Assembly (NCBI GenBank): GCA_964517145.1
Contig: CAZFBN010000004.1
Location: 3,461-67,460 of the forward strand
Origin: an uncultured Saprospiraceae bacterium
Lineage (GTDB): Bacteria; Bacteroidota; Bacteroidia; Chitinophagales; Saprospiraceae
Length of the DNA stretch: 64,000 nt
Reading direction: 5' to 3'
The position numbers were made by a program, and so were the translations under genes. Positions 36,690-45,990 of the stretch are shown here, in pieces. The first letter of the stretch is position 1; each line of letters starts with the position of its first letter. The notes beneath the pieces are model-generated. The model worked only from the letters and a program-made list of their open reading frames with translations. It was not told the DNA's origin and did no database searches.

Positions 36690-37190
36690 ATGATTGTCTC
36701 CGCCATTGCTGCTGTCTCGAAAAATGGAGTTATTGGAAAAAATAACGACGTGCCTTGGTATTTGCCAGCCGATTTAAAATATTTTAAGAATAAAACCCTG
36801 AATCATCACGTCATCATGGGTCGTAAGACTTTACAATCCATTGTCAATCCTTTGCCAAAGCGCACCAATATTGTGCTCACACGCGATCCTTTTTTTATTG
36901 CCACCAACATTATCGTTGCCCACACGATGGATGAAGCGCTGGATATTGCCGAGCAAAATGGAGAAGAGGAATGTTTCATTTTGGGGGGTGCCGAAATTTA
37001 TGAATTGAGCTTGCCTTATTTGGATAAATTGTACCTGACGGAGGTTGACCTGGAAGTGCCAGGAGGGGAGGCGTTTTTTCCAGAAGTGGACTGGAAAGAA
37101 TGGGAATTGACGTCACAAGAACCACATCAACCAGATGATAAGAATGAATTTGCTTATAATTTTAAAGTGTATCAACGCAAAGAAGCATAA
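36690..37190 (+). CDS. folA: Dihydrofolate reductase
   Basis: MIVSAIAAVSKNGVIGKNNDVPWYLPADLKYFKNKTLNHHVIMGRKT ... ILGGAEIY. Confidence 0.9.
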   Translation: MIVSAIAAVSKNGVIGKNNDVPWYLPADLKYFKNKTLNHHVIMGRKTLQSIVNPLPKRTNIVLTRDPFFIATNIIVAHTMDEALDIAEQNGEEECFILGGAEIYELSLPYLDKLYLTEVDLEVPGGEAFFPEVDWKEWELTSQEPHQPDDKNEFAYNFKVYQRKEA

Positions 37191-37234
37191 GCGACTAATA
37201 CCAAAACACATTAACACCAAAATACTCATTCCCT

Positions 37235-38365
37235 TTGATTATCAATCGCCTTGCCGTTTCTACGTTCTTTTTTATCAATGGCTTCCTGTATGCCAACTGG
37301 ATTTCCCGTTTGCCTGAAGTACAACAATTTTATGGGGTATCCAATTCATTACTAGGCACTTTACTGTTGTGCTCAGCATCGGGCGCCATTCTAGCCATGC
37401 CCTTTTCTGGATTGCTCACGGTGCGGTTTGGCAGCCGAACCCTTACCTCGGTGATGGGCATTACTTTTTGTCTGGCTATTCCTTTGTTGCCTCTTTTTAC
37501 CAATTTATGGATTATTGCAGGGCTGTTTTTTTTGATCGGCATGCTTTCTGGGGCGCTGGATGTTTCGATGAATGGGCAAGCGGTGTATGTCGAGCGTAAG
37601 TTTGCAAAACCCATCATGTCCTCTTTTCACGCGGTGTTCAGTATTGGCATGGCACTGGGAGCAGGTTCGGGCGCTTTGTTTGCTAAATTTGAAATTGGAT
37701 TGTTTCCACATTTTCTCACAGGGGCTATTTTGTGCCTATTGTTGGTGCTGTGGGCTTCGTTCAATCTGGTTAACGAATCTAGCAGCGAAGCCGCCAATGC
37801 TGACGGAGGCAACGGGTTTCGGTTGCCCACCAAAGCCATTCTACCCCTTGGTATCATTGCTTTTTGCGGCATGACGGGCGAAGGCTCGATGGCGGATTGG
37901 TCTGCCATTTACATGAACAAAGTGGTGGGGATGGATGAGGCTTTTTCGGCGCTGGCGTTTGGCTCATTCTCTACCGCGATGACGATTGGGCGTATCTTTG
38001 GCGACTATTTCACGGCGCTTTTAGGAAAAGCCAACATGCTCTTGATGGATACTGCTGCTGCGATAGTAGGGCTGGGCATCATGCTGCTTTTTCCGAATCC
38101 ATACGTGGTCATAATCGCACTTTTCGTCATTGGCTTAGGGCTGGCGACAGTAGTACCCATTATCTATTCTGCCGCTGGCAATACGCCAGGTGTTGCGCCG
38201 AGTGTGGGCATTGCCATGGCAACAACAGTGGGGTACGCTGGTTTTTTTGTAGGTCCGCCTACCATTGGCTATCTCGCTGATGCGTTTTCGTTGCGGATTG
38301 GGTTACTACTTAGTTTGATATTATTTGGACTGATGTTTTTTTTGGTAAGAAGGGTGAAAATTTAA
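37235..38365 (+). CDS. MFS transporter
   Basis: About 12 TM helices. The frame opens only at 37199, and TTG at 37235 is the first usable start. Confidence 0.75.
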   Translation: MIINRLAVSTFFFINGFLYANWISRLPEVQQFYGVSNSLLGTLLLCSASGAILAMPFSGLLTVRFGSRTLTSVMGITFCLAIPLLPLFTNLWIIAGLFFLIGMLSGALDVSMNGQAVYVERKFAKPIMSSFHAVFSIGMALGAGSGALFAKFEIGLFPHFLTGAILCLLLVLWASFNLVNESSSEAANADGGNGFRLPTKAILPLGIIAFCGMTGEGSMADWSAIYMNKVVGMDEAFSALAFGSFSTAMTIGRIFGDYFTALLGKANMLLMDTAAAIVGLGIMLLFPNPYVVIIALFVIGLGLATVVPIIYSAAGNTPGVAPSVGIAMATTVGYAGFFVGPPTIGYLADAFSLRIGLLLSLILFGLMFFLVRRVKI

Positions 38366-38372
38366 GACACCT

Positions 38373-39455
38373 CTACCCATTCAAAAAATGCGCCACCAGC
38401 CGGTGAAAATGATGCACTCCCTGCTCTTGTGTTGGAGAGAAGCGCCCAGCAGTATAAAATCTTGATTGTAAGCCTTTTTGCACACTTTCTACCACGGCTT
38501 CGTCTTCCATTTCGGTTTGGTCAATGCGGTTGATTTCGCGATTGAAAGTAGTATTGCCAAAATAATAAGTGCGGAATCGAATACGGGTACGGTTGTGACT
38601 CAGCGGTTCTACTACATTGAGCGACAAGCCCCAGGGGTAGAAATTCAGCATTAAATTGGGGAAAAGCCAATAATAATACGCATAAATTTTTTGTCCATAA
38701 TCCGGCGAGTCTTCTGGAATGTCAAAAATGGGCTGATCATCTTTGGCAATACCGAGTTGCAGGTTGCAATAGTCAAAAATTTCGTATTGATAATTTTTAA
38801 AATCCAATGCTTGATTCAATGCCGGATGCACAAATGGAATGTGAAAACCTTCCAGGTAATTGTCGCAATACAGCGCCCAATTGGCATTGACATAATAATC
38901 CTGCGAGCTTTCCGCATTAAAAACCAGGGTATCAAAAGGCATCCAACTCAAGCGCTCGCGAATGGGGCGGGTCATCTCCTCAAAACGCACCTTTGGATTC
39001 AAGGATACAAACAACATACCCAGCCATTCTTCAAAAGGCACCTGCGTCAAGTCATCGGTTTTACTCGGAAAATTCGCCACGGCTTCAAACTCTGGCATGC
39101 TTTTGTACGAACCATCCAATCGAAAACAGCGCCCGTGGTAGCCACAAGTGAGCATGCGATTTTGACCTGCCTGCTCTACAATAATTTTGCCTCGATGTGT
39201 GCAAACGTTTGACAGACAATGCGTTTTACCATCTTGATCTTTAGCAAAAACCAAAGGTTCGTCGAGTACCCCTTCCAGCAAATTGAGCGGACACACCTCC
39301 ATCGGCTCCTGCACAATGCTGGCATCGGCAGCATACAACCACGTTGTTGCAAAAATTTTTTCTTTGACCTGTTCAAAAATAGCTGCACTTTTGTAAAACC
39401 AACCAGGCAGCGTAGCAGATTGGTGAATGTCGGTGTCAATGTGCAGGGTTTGCAT
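38373..39455 (-). CDS. Rieske [2Fe-2S] non-haem iron oxygenase, alpha-subunit type
   Basis: Rieske motif CTHRG...CGYHGRCF, and mononuclear iron motif DNYLEGFHIPFVHP. ATG at 39455 (MQTLHIDTD...) is preferred over the Cys-rich 85-codon upstream extension. Confidence 0.8.
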   Translation of the reverse strand: MQTLHIDTDIHQSATLPGWFYKSAAIFEQVKEKIFATTWLYAADASIVQEPMEVCPLNLLEGVLDEPLVFAKDQDGKTHCLSNVCTHRGKIIVEQAGQNRMLTCGYHGRCFRLDGSYKSMPEFEAVANFPSKTDDLTQVPFEEWLGMLFVSLNPKVRFEEMTRPIRERLSWMPFDTLVFNAESSQDYYVNANWALYCDNYLEGFHIPFVHPALNQALDFKNYQYEIFDYCNLQLGIAKDDQPIFDIPEDSPDYGQKIYAYYYWLFPNLMLNFYPWGLSLNVVEPLSHNRTRIRFRTYYFGNTTFNREINRIDQTEMEDEAVVESVQKGLQSRFYTAGRFSPTQEQGVHHFHRLVAHFLNG

Positions 39456-39686
39456 AGGTTTTAGGTATTTTTTACAAATATAAAGGGAAGGGCGATGGGG
39501 AGATAGCGGAATGAGCTGATCTTTTTGAAAAATTTTGAAAAGCCTTTTAAACCTTTGTTGCCATTTGCAGTCCAAATGACAAAAGACGAACAAATGGTAA
39601 TTGCTGGATTGAATTACCTGGATTACAGCGAGCGGGCAATGGGAGCGTCCGTTTCCACAGAAATAAAAAAAGCTCCGGTACAACCC

Positions 39687-40250
39687 ATGACAAACACGGC
39701 AGATGAGCATTTACTGAGCCTCTTACAGCATGCCCAAACGGCAGAACGCGGCTTTCGTTTGTTGATGGAAACGTACCAGGAGCAACTGTACTGGGTGGTG
39801 CGCCGATTGGTGAATGACCATGAGGATGCAAATGATGTGTTGCAAAATTGTTTTATTAAAGTGTATCGCAGCCTCCACACGTTTGAAGGCAAATCGAAAT
39901 TGTACACATGGCTGTATCGCATTGCCACCAACGAAGCGATTACCTTTTTGAATCAAAAAAGTCGTAAAATGACTGCCTCTATCGAATCGGGCGAGCTGCC
40001 ACTGGTGAATACCTTGCAGGCGGATGCTTCGGTGAATGGAGATGAATTGCAGGCACAATTGCAAAAAGCACTTGAGCAACTGCCTGAAAAACAGCGCATT
40101 GTGTTTAACATGCGGTATTTTGATGAAATGCCCTACGAAGAAATGTCGGCAATACTCGACACCTCGGTAGGCGCTTTGAAGGCAAGTTATCACCATGCGG
40201 TGAAAAAAATAGAAAATTATTTTCGGGAAGCTGAAATCGGAGAGCTATGA
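39687..40250 (+). CDS. ECF-type RNA polymerase sigma-70 factor
   Basis: Region 2 (YWVVRRLVNDHEDANDVLQNCFIKVY, YTWLYRIATNEAI) and region 4 (LPEKQRIVFNMRYFDEMPYEEMSAILDTSVGALKASYHHAVKKI). ATG at 39687 is preferred, with 39639 also possible. Confidence 0.85.
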   Translation: MTNTADEHLLSLLQHAQTAERGFRLLMETYQEQLYWVVRRLVNDHEDANDVLQNCFIKVYRSLHTFEGKSKLYTWLYRIATNEAITFLNQKSRKMTASIESGELPLVNTLQADASVNGDELQAQLQKALEQLPEKQRIVFNMRYFDEMPYEEMSAILDTSVGALKASYHHAVKKIENYFREAEIGEL

Positions 40251-40762
40251 AAAATCAAAATGACATTCAAAAAGAATTGCAGGAATTATCGCCCCTGCTC
40301 GCAAAATTAAAAGCGAAAGCACAAAAGCCAGAAGTGCCAGAAAATTATTTCCAGTCGCTGCCCAATCAGGTTTGGGAACAAATCAAACTGCAACCAGCGC
40401 CCCAGCGCCCGGTCGCTCCTCCGAATGCGTGGGAACGTTTGTTGAGTTACTTCCAGATGCTGCTCCAACCACGTGTAGCGGTGTCTTTGGCAACGTTTGT
40501 TATTTTGATAACGGCAGGTGTTTATTTTTTAAACAATAATATGCCAACCACTGATAATCAAGATTTAACAGCAGAAGAAATTACAGCATATATCAATGAC
40601 AATTTGTCTCAGTTTGATACCGAAATGCTAATGAACGCTACTTCGGACTTGTCGGATCACAGCATTCTGCCACAAAGTGAATTCAGCGAGGAAGAAATGA
40701 ACCTGATGATGGAAGAGATTATAAAAGATTTGGATACCAAAGCCCTGGAAGAAATGCTTTAA
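40247..40762 (+). CDS. Putative anti-sigma factor (single TM)
   Basis: Its start overlaps the sigma gene stop (ATGA), and it has one central TM helix (VAVSLATFVILITAGVYFL). The call rests on context only. Confidence 0.55.
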   Translation: MKNQNDIQKELQELSPLLAKLKAKAQKPEVPENYFQSLPNQVWEQIKLQPAPQRPVAPPNAWERLLSYFQMLLQPRVAVSLATFVILITAGVYFLNNNMPTTDNQDLTAEEITAYINDNLSQFDTEMLMNATSDLSDHSILPQSEFSEEEMNLMMEEIIKDLDTKALEEML

Positions 40763-40835
40763 TAAGCTAATGTTTTATGTATTAACCGGTTATACAGTTT
40801 TTTTTGGAATTTGAGATAAGTTAAAATCAAGTGAA

Positions 40836-41306
40836 ATGAGAAAATGGTTTTTGGGTGTCCTGCTGCTATGCGCCCTTTCTATGGCAGCCTGGGCACAAGA
40901 CGACGACGACTTGCCCGCCGGACAGTCGGGCGAGCGCATACAAGCCATGCGTGTTGCTTTCATTACCGAACGGTTAAAATTGACCCCGGAAGAATCGCAA
41001 AAGTTTTGGCCCCTGTACAATGAATATGAAGCAGAACAGAAGAAAATTCGGCAGAAGTACAAATTTAATCAGAATTTTGCCACGATGACGGACGCAGAGG
41101 CAGAGCAACTGCTGAGTGGCTCGCTGGAAATGGAGCAGCAATTGCTAAATTTGAAAAAAGACTACGTGCAGCGCATGCGCAAGGTGCTTCCGGTGCGAAA
41201 AATTGCGATACTCAATCGGGTAGAACGCGAGTTTAAAGAAGAATTATTAAAAAAGCTCCGCGAAATACAAATGCAAAGCCGACAACGGAGGTTGAATCGG
41301 AATTGA
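40836..41306 (+). CDS. Periplasmic Spy/CpxP-like helical protein
   Basis: Signal peptide, then a charged helical repeat with LTPEESQKFWPLYNEYEAEQKKI. It lies downstream of the ECF pair. Confidence 0.5.
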   Translation: MRKWFLGVLLLCALSMAAWAQDDDDLPAGQSGERIQAMRVAFITERLKLTPEESQKFWPLYNEYEAEQKKIRQKYKFNQNFATMTDAEAEQLLSGSLEMEQQLLNLKKDYVQRMRKVLPVRKIAILNRVEREFKEELLKKLREIQMQSRQRRLNRN

Positions 41307-41344
41307 GCGCCCATGCGATTAGGAAATCGAATTTAAAAAAAAAT

Positions 41345-41386
41345 GGTCTTTTAAGGTGTCAACTTTGAAAGACCGTTTTTGTTTTT
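41345..41386 (+). terminator. Rho-independent terminator after the Spy/CpxP-like gene
   Basis: ggtcttt (41345-41351) pairs with aaagacc (41368-41374), followed by gtttttgttttt. Confidence 0.65.
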
Positions 41387-41610
41387 GAATGGTGCTTATT
41401 CCTAAATAATTTGATATGAATATTCATTAAATATATCATATTTTTTTAGATAAATAATTTGCTTAATTTATTAAAACACAATATCTTGTGATTTTTCTAC
41501 CACTTCTTTTTATAAACCTACCGTTTCATTAATTACCCATTTCCTTTAGCATTTCATGCTAGGATGTTTGGATGCTTTTTCTTTAAATTTACCTACCTAA
41601 TTGGAAAAAA

Positions 41611-43020
41611 ATGGAAAAAGCTCCTATGAACTATGAAGAAAACCAAGCCCTGCTGGACTTGGTGACCGACTATGAAACGCTGCGGGAGCAGGGTCGGGAA
41701 TTGTACTGGGAAGAAAAAGTTTTTGCGCAAGTAATTGAGTATTACGAACGCGAAAATCAACTCTCCCGTGCCATTGAAGTAATCAATTGTGCCATTAAAA
41801 TTCATGCTTATTCGCCCGATTTTTACTTAAAAAAAGCTCAACTTCTTATTGACGACCATCAGGAATCGCAAGCGCTAAAAGTGTTGGAAGAAGCCAGTGT
41901 TTTCGCACCTTTTGATGCAGAAATCGGCATCTTGCGCGCAGAGGCGCTCGCTCGAATGGGGTTGGAAGAGGAGGCGCTGGAACTGCTCGAAACGTTAAAA
42001 CATGGGGCGAGTAGTACCATTCTTGCCAACATTTACGTTTGTGAAGCAGCAGTGTATGAGCATGCCGAAGAGTATGAATCCATGTACTATGCGTTGAAAA
42101 ATGCCTTGCAAAAAAACCCGAAGCACGAAGAAGCGCTAGAATTGATGTGGGTAAGTGTGGAAGCCACGCGCAAGTATGAGGAAAGTATTGCGTTGTACCA
42201 GGAAATTATTGAAAACGATCCTTATTCGTACCTGGCTTGGTACAATCTGGGGCACGCACACGCCTACCAGGGCAATTACAAAGAAGCCATCGAGGCTTAT
42301 GAATACGCTTTCTTGACCAATGAGACGTTTGAGTTTGCTTATCGCGATTGTGCAGAAATGTGCTTTGAAGTAAAGCAATACCGCAAGGCCTTGCAATGTT
42401 ATGAAGAAGTGATCGAGCGATTCGAGGCTGATAGCGAATTGTACTTTTGCATGGGGCAATGCTACCAGCAGTTGGAAGATTACACGAGCGCCCGAGCATT
42501 GTATCGCAAAGCATTGAGTCTCGATCATTACAACGACGAAATTTTATTTGCCATCGGTGAGTGTTATGCGCGAGCAAACCATTGGAAACGCGCTGTTGCA
42601 ACTTTTAAGAAAGCGATTGACGTTGAAGATAATCGTGAAGAATATTACGCTGCTTTGGCAGAAGCTTACGCCGAATTAGGCGATTGTACAGCAGCAGAAA
42701 CCAACTTCAAAAAGGCAGTTGACTTAGCGCCTGACCAAATTCAGTACTGGATGCAGTACACCGGCTTCCTGATTGAAACAGACCGGGTGGAAGAAGCACT
42801 GGACGTTTTGCATGAGGCAGAAGACTACTCCACCGGCGCCGAATTGCTCTATTGTCGCATCGCGTGCCTTTTCGCTCTGGGACGTCGTCAGGAAGCCCTT
42901 TATTGGCTGGGGGAAGCGCTGGAAGAAGATTATGACATGCACCAAACGCTGTTTGAGGTGCTGCCTTCCCTGCGCAACGACCCAGATGTGCTCTACATTA
43001 TTTCGAGCTATTTTGCATAA
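41611..43020 (+). CDS. Tetratricopeptide repeat protein (cytoplasmic, 469 aa)
   Basis: Multiple TPR-like units (AWYNLGHAHAYQGNYKEAIEAYEYA, CMGQCYQQLEDYTSARALYRKAL, and others). Confidence 0.75.
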   Translation: MEKAPMNYEENQALLDLVTDYETLREQGRELYWEEKVFAQVIEYYERENQLSRAIEVINCAIKIHAYSPDFYLKKAQLLIDDHQESQALKVLEEASVFAPFDAEIGILRAEALARMGLEEEALELLETLKHGASSTILANIYVCEAAVYEHAEEYESMYYALKNALQKNPKHEEALELMWVSVEATRKYEESIALYQEIIENDPYSYLAWYNLGHAHAYQGNYKEAIEAYEYAFLTNETFEFAYRDCAEMCFEVKQYRKALQCYEEVIERFEADSELYFCMGQCYQQLEDYTSARALYRKALSLDHYNDEILFAIGECYARANHWKRAVATFKKAIDVEDNREEYYAALAEAYAELGDCTAAETNFKKAVDLAPDQIQYWMQYTGFLIETDRVEEALDVLHEAEDYSTGAELLYCRIACLFALGRRQEALYWLGEALEEDYDMHQTLFEVLPSLRNDPDVLYIISSYFA

Positions 43021-43775
43021 GTCAGCATGGTTTCATAAGCATGACATGCTGCGCCGATCATGCCCGCACTGTTGAGCAGCAGCGCGGGCTGAACGGGTGT
43101 TTCCAGCGTAAAAAGGTGGGTGTATTCATCAAAATACTTACTCGAACCGCCACCCAGCAAAATCAAACTTGGAGAGAACAATAATTCGAGGTGGTGCAAA
43201 TATTCGTTGAAACGCTTTGCCCACTCCTCCCAGCTTAGATGATCGCGTTCTTTGGCATTATTAGAAGCATACTGTTCTGCTACAATATCCTGTCCTTTCA
43301 GGTACAAATGTCCAAATTCCGTATTGGGTACTATTTTACCATCTACAAATAAGGCGCTACCCAAGCCCGACCCGATGGTAATCAAAATAACCGTACCATT
43401 CACGCCTTTGCCCAAGCCAAAGCGCATCTCTGCAATGCCCGCCGCATCTGCGTCATTAATGGCTTTGACCATACAGTCGGCTGTTTCTGCAAAAATAGTT
43501 TCAATGTTGGTGCGAATCCAGGAATTGTCAATGTTTGCAGCCGTCATCGCCACGCCATTTTTTACAATAGCCGGAAAGCCAACCCCTACCAATCCATTCC
43601 AATTAAAAGCTTTGACCAACTTGCCAAAGGTGGCTGCCACTGCCTCCGGCGTAGAAGGATTCGGCGTAGAAAAGCGAAGCCGCTCTGTCAGCAATTTGCC
43701 AGCATGAATGTCCACAATTGCCCCTTTGATACCAGAGGCGCCCACATCTACACCCAGAATTTTCGCGTCGTGCAT
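43008..43775 (-). CDS. ppgK: ROK family polyphosphate/ATP glucokinase
   Basis: ILGVDVGASGIKGAIVD...STPNPSTPEAV...VGVGFPAIVKNG...AANIDNSWI...INDADAAGIAE...GSGLGSALF...PNTEFGHL...GGGSSK. It converges on the TPR gene with a 13 bp overlap. Confidence 0.75.
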   Translation of the reverse strand: MHDAKILGVDVGASGIKGAIVDIHAGKLLTERLRFSTPNPSTPEAVAATFGKLVKAFNWNGLVGVGFPAIVKNGVAMTAANIDNSWIRTNIETIFAETADCMVKAINDADAAGIAEMRFGLGKGVNGTVILITIGSGLGSALFVDGKIVPNTEFGHLYLKGQDIVAEQYASNNAKERDHLSWEEWAKRFNEYLHHLELLFSPSLILLGGGSSKYFDEYTHLFTLETPVQPALLLNSAGMIGAACHAYETMLTYAK

Positions 43776-43790
43776 TTTTTAAGTTGAAAA

Positions 43791-43829
43791 GTGAGATTTG
43801 AAACATGAAAAGCTGATTTCAAATTTCAC
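43791..43829 (-). repeat. GTGAAATTTGAAA hairpin between the cyclophilin gene stop and the ppgK start
   Basis: gtgagatttgaaa (43791-43803) pairs with tttcaaatttcac (43817-43829), 12 of 13 bp, around a 13 nt loop. It ends about 15 nt before the ppgK ATG at 43775. Confidence 0.6.
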
Positions 43830-43845
43830 ATCTCCTATTTATAAT

Positions 43846-44733
43846 TTACTTTATTACCGTTACTTTCATTTTCACATCTTCTTCGGGGCGGTCGCGTCCG
43901 TCCGTTGCCACATTGGCAATGCTATCCAGCACTTCCATGCCTTGAACCAGCCTGCCAAACACCGTGTAATCCCGGTCGAGCATAGGCGTACCGCCCATCT
44001 GCTTGTATGCATCGCGTTGCGCCTGGCTATAACGAAATCCTTTGCGTGCCTCCATTTGGTTGAGCATCGCTTCGGTCACAGTTTGTCCTTGTACAATATA
44101 AAATTGGGAACCCGACGAACGTTTCTGTGGATTCACCTGGTCGCCCTGCCGCGCAGCTGCCAGCGCACCTTTAAGGTGGACGAGCGAATCTACAAACTCT
44201 GCCGGAACGGTATAACCCGGTCCTCCCATGCCCAAAGGCTCGCCTTGCTTGGCATTGCGGGAGTTAGGGTCGCCACCTTGAATCATAAAGCCGTCGATGA
44301 TGCGGTGAAACAGCAGGTCATTAAAAAATCCTTCTTCCGCCAGTTTCAAAAAATTGTCGCGGTGCTGCGGCGTTGCGTCCGACAGCTCAAAAATCATGCT
44401 GCCAAAATTGGTTTCAATTTCGATTAGGCATTTATCTGGTGCTTCCACAGTTAATTGTTTTTTTATAATACGAGATTTTTTTCCATCCGAGGCAATCAGT
44501 TGCACTTCGTACGTGCCAGAGTGCTTGAACGCATGAACCGGCGACGAATCCTGCACTATTTTCCCATCACCAAAATGCCATTCATACTGCGTTGCTTTCT
44601 GCGATTGATTTGCAAATTCAACTACTGCCGGTGCTTTTTGCCCATTTTTAAAAGTATAATTAAAATCCGCTATCGGGCGTGCACAGGCTGCCATTATTAC
44701 AACCACGATGACAATTCCTATAACTTTCCCCAT
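43846..44733 (-). CDS. PKD domain plus cyclophilin-type peptidyl-prolyl cis-trans isomerase, lipoprotein
   Basis: Lipobox IMAAC. PKD-like YEWHFGDGKIVQDSSPVHAFKHSGTYEVQLIASDG. Cyclophilin core FHRIIDGFMIQGGDP...GSQFYIV...YTVFGRLVQGMEVLD. Confidence 0.85.
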   Translation of the reverse strand: MGKVIGIVIVVVIMAACARPIADFNYTFKNGQKAPAVVEFANQSQKATQYEWHFGDGKIVQDSSPVHAFKHSGTYEVQLIASDGKKSRIIKKQLTVEAPDKCLIEIETNFGSMIFELSDATPQHRDNFLKLAEEGFFNDLLFHRIIDGFMIQGGDPNSRNAKQGEPLGMGGPGYTVPAEFVDSLVHLKGALAAARQGDQVNPQKRSSGSQFYIVQGQTVTEAMLNQMEARKGFRYSQAQRDAYKQMGGTPMLDRDYTVFGRLVQGMEVLDSIANVATDGRDRPEEDVKMKVTVIK

Positions 44734-44809
44734 AAATAATGCAATCTGTTTATAATTTTTATAATAATTTTATTCAAATTTTACACATTTCTATTAAACT
44801 CAAAAAAGG

Positions 44810-45160
44810 TCACGCTGCTTCCAACTCTTTAAAATACCGAATCAAGTACATTTTCAGCATCAACTCTTGCTCACGCAGGTCAAGCTTGGGTACTGCGCGC
44901 AGTTGCCGCCAGTGGGGCCAGCCATCTTCGTCGCGCCCGGCAAATTCATAATAGCCATCATAACTCATCAGGCGGCACACGGCAATGTGCATCAAATCCT
45001 GCTTTTCTTCTTTGGAAAATTCCTTTTTCCAGCGCCCAAGTTCTTGAATACCAATTAGAAACAACACCGCATTCAAATCCGGCAACGTGTCCTTTTTGAA
45101 GCGATCTTGTACAAAATGCCGCACGCGCAGCCACTCAAAATCCAATTCCCATTCTTCCAT
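44810..45160 (-). CDS. Hypothetical protein (116 aa)
   Basis: ATG at 45160 (MEEWELDFEWLRVRHF...). The longer TTG-initiated version at 45232 is less likely. No family recognised. Confidence 0.5.
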   Translation of the reverse strand: MEEWELDFEWLRVRHFVQDRFKKDTLPDLNAVLFLIGIQELGRWKKEFSKEEKQDLMHIAVCRLMSYDGYYEFAGRDEDGWPHWRQLRAVPKLDLREQELMLKMYLIRYFKELEAA

Positions 45161-45353
45161 AGCCGCTGCAAAGATAGCCCATGATTTTGTAGGATGGAAT
45201 GAATTGGCAGGTTGATTTCTGGATTTTACCAAATTTTCCCATTCAATGGGTCGGCACGCTCAAAAGTTAGGAAGGCAGTGTTTATTTACTCAAGTGTCCT
45301 ACGCTGGTACAGGTAGGACACGTTTTAAAAATGCTTTGCTTTAATAAATTCCT

Positions 45354-45869
45354 CTAAAACAAATAGTTATCATCGTCGCGCATGTCGTCTCCAGCGATAA
45401 ACCCCTTCTCATCCACGTCATCCTCATCTTCGGTAGCCTCTTCAGTGTAGGGCGAATTAAAACTGAAGCGCAATAAATCGTGCGTGGTCACAATGCCTAC
45501 CAATTGCTGATCTTCGATAACGGGCAGCGCGTGAAATTTATTCGACAGAAAAATATCAGCCGCCAAGCCGATGGTATCTTCCGGGTCAAGCGTCATGGGG
45601 TAGGTGGTCATAAAATCCTTTGCTTGCAGCGTTTGGTAGTGTTTTTCACTCCAGGTTTTACCGGTCGTTTGGTGCGAGAGCAGGTAAGAAACACGGAAAA
45701 AATCTTCCTTACTGATAATGCCAACCAGCACCTCGCCATTTTCTACCACTGGCAGATGATGAAAATCATATTTTTTAAAAAGCTCATAAATTTCTATTGC
45801 AACAACATCCGGTCTGACAGTCACCAAATCAGTCGTCATAATTTCTCTGATATTTCTTTCGGAGTTCAT
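45354..45869 (-). CDS. CBS-pair domain protein with an acidic C-terminal tail
   Basis: Two CBS motifs (IMTTDLVTVRPD...HHLPVVENGEVLVGIISKEDF and FMTTYPMTLDPE...HALPVIEDQQLVGIVTTHDL). Confidence 0.75.
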   Translation of the reverse strand: MNSERNIREIMTTDLVTVRPDVVAIEIYELFKKYDFHHLPVVENGEVLVGIISKEDFFRVSYLLSHQTTGKTWSEKHYQTLQAKDFMTTYPMTLDPEDTIGLAADIFLSNKFHALPVIEDQQLVGIVTTHDLLRFSFNSPYTEEATEDEDDVDEKGFIAGDDMRDDDNYLF

Positions 45870-45990
45870 ACTTGCCTAATTTAACAGTGGAAAAATATTT
45901 CACCTCTTTACATCAATCGGGTTGATATAAGCGTACAATTACCAAAGTTGATAATTTGTATTAATTTTTCAAATGGATTTTACAAAATTA

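Noticed and set aside
38373-39710. Long N-terminal extensions offered by the ORF track: 39456-39710 on the Rieske gene, 39525-39686 on the sigma gene, 5268-5378 on the DUF3137-like gene, 29249-29353 on the M16-like gene, 46768-46854, 58872-58988 and 60001-60102.
   Set aside because: The extensions are Cys/Phe/Arg-rich or repeat-derived and lack similarity to the family N-termini. In several cases they contain the gene's own predicted -7 promoter box. Internal ATGs giving canonical N-termini or signal peptides were preferred.
43798-44427. Long antisense ORFs inside well-supported genes. Examples are 43798-44427 (209 aa), 13992-14630 (212 aa), 12246-12806 (186 aa), 32139-32720 (193 aa), 27295-27834 (179 aa), 38691-39212 (173 aa) and 57160-57651 (163 aa).
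   Set aside because: Each is fully embedded opposite a gene with clear family motifs (cyclophilin, M16, MreC, Rieske, TolC and others). None has recognisable motifs or sensible start contexts, so I treat them as shadow ORFs. Ribo-seq would be needed to argue otherwise.
45293-45320. The hairpin gtgtcctac-N10-gtaggacac between the CBS gene and the 116 aa gene, considered as a terminator.
   Set aside because: On the transcribed (minus) strand the stem is followed by ttgagtaaat rather than a T-tract, so its function as an intrinsic terminator is doubtful. I noted it only as a 9 bp stem and did not list it as a feature.
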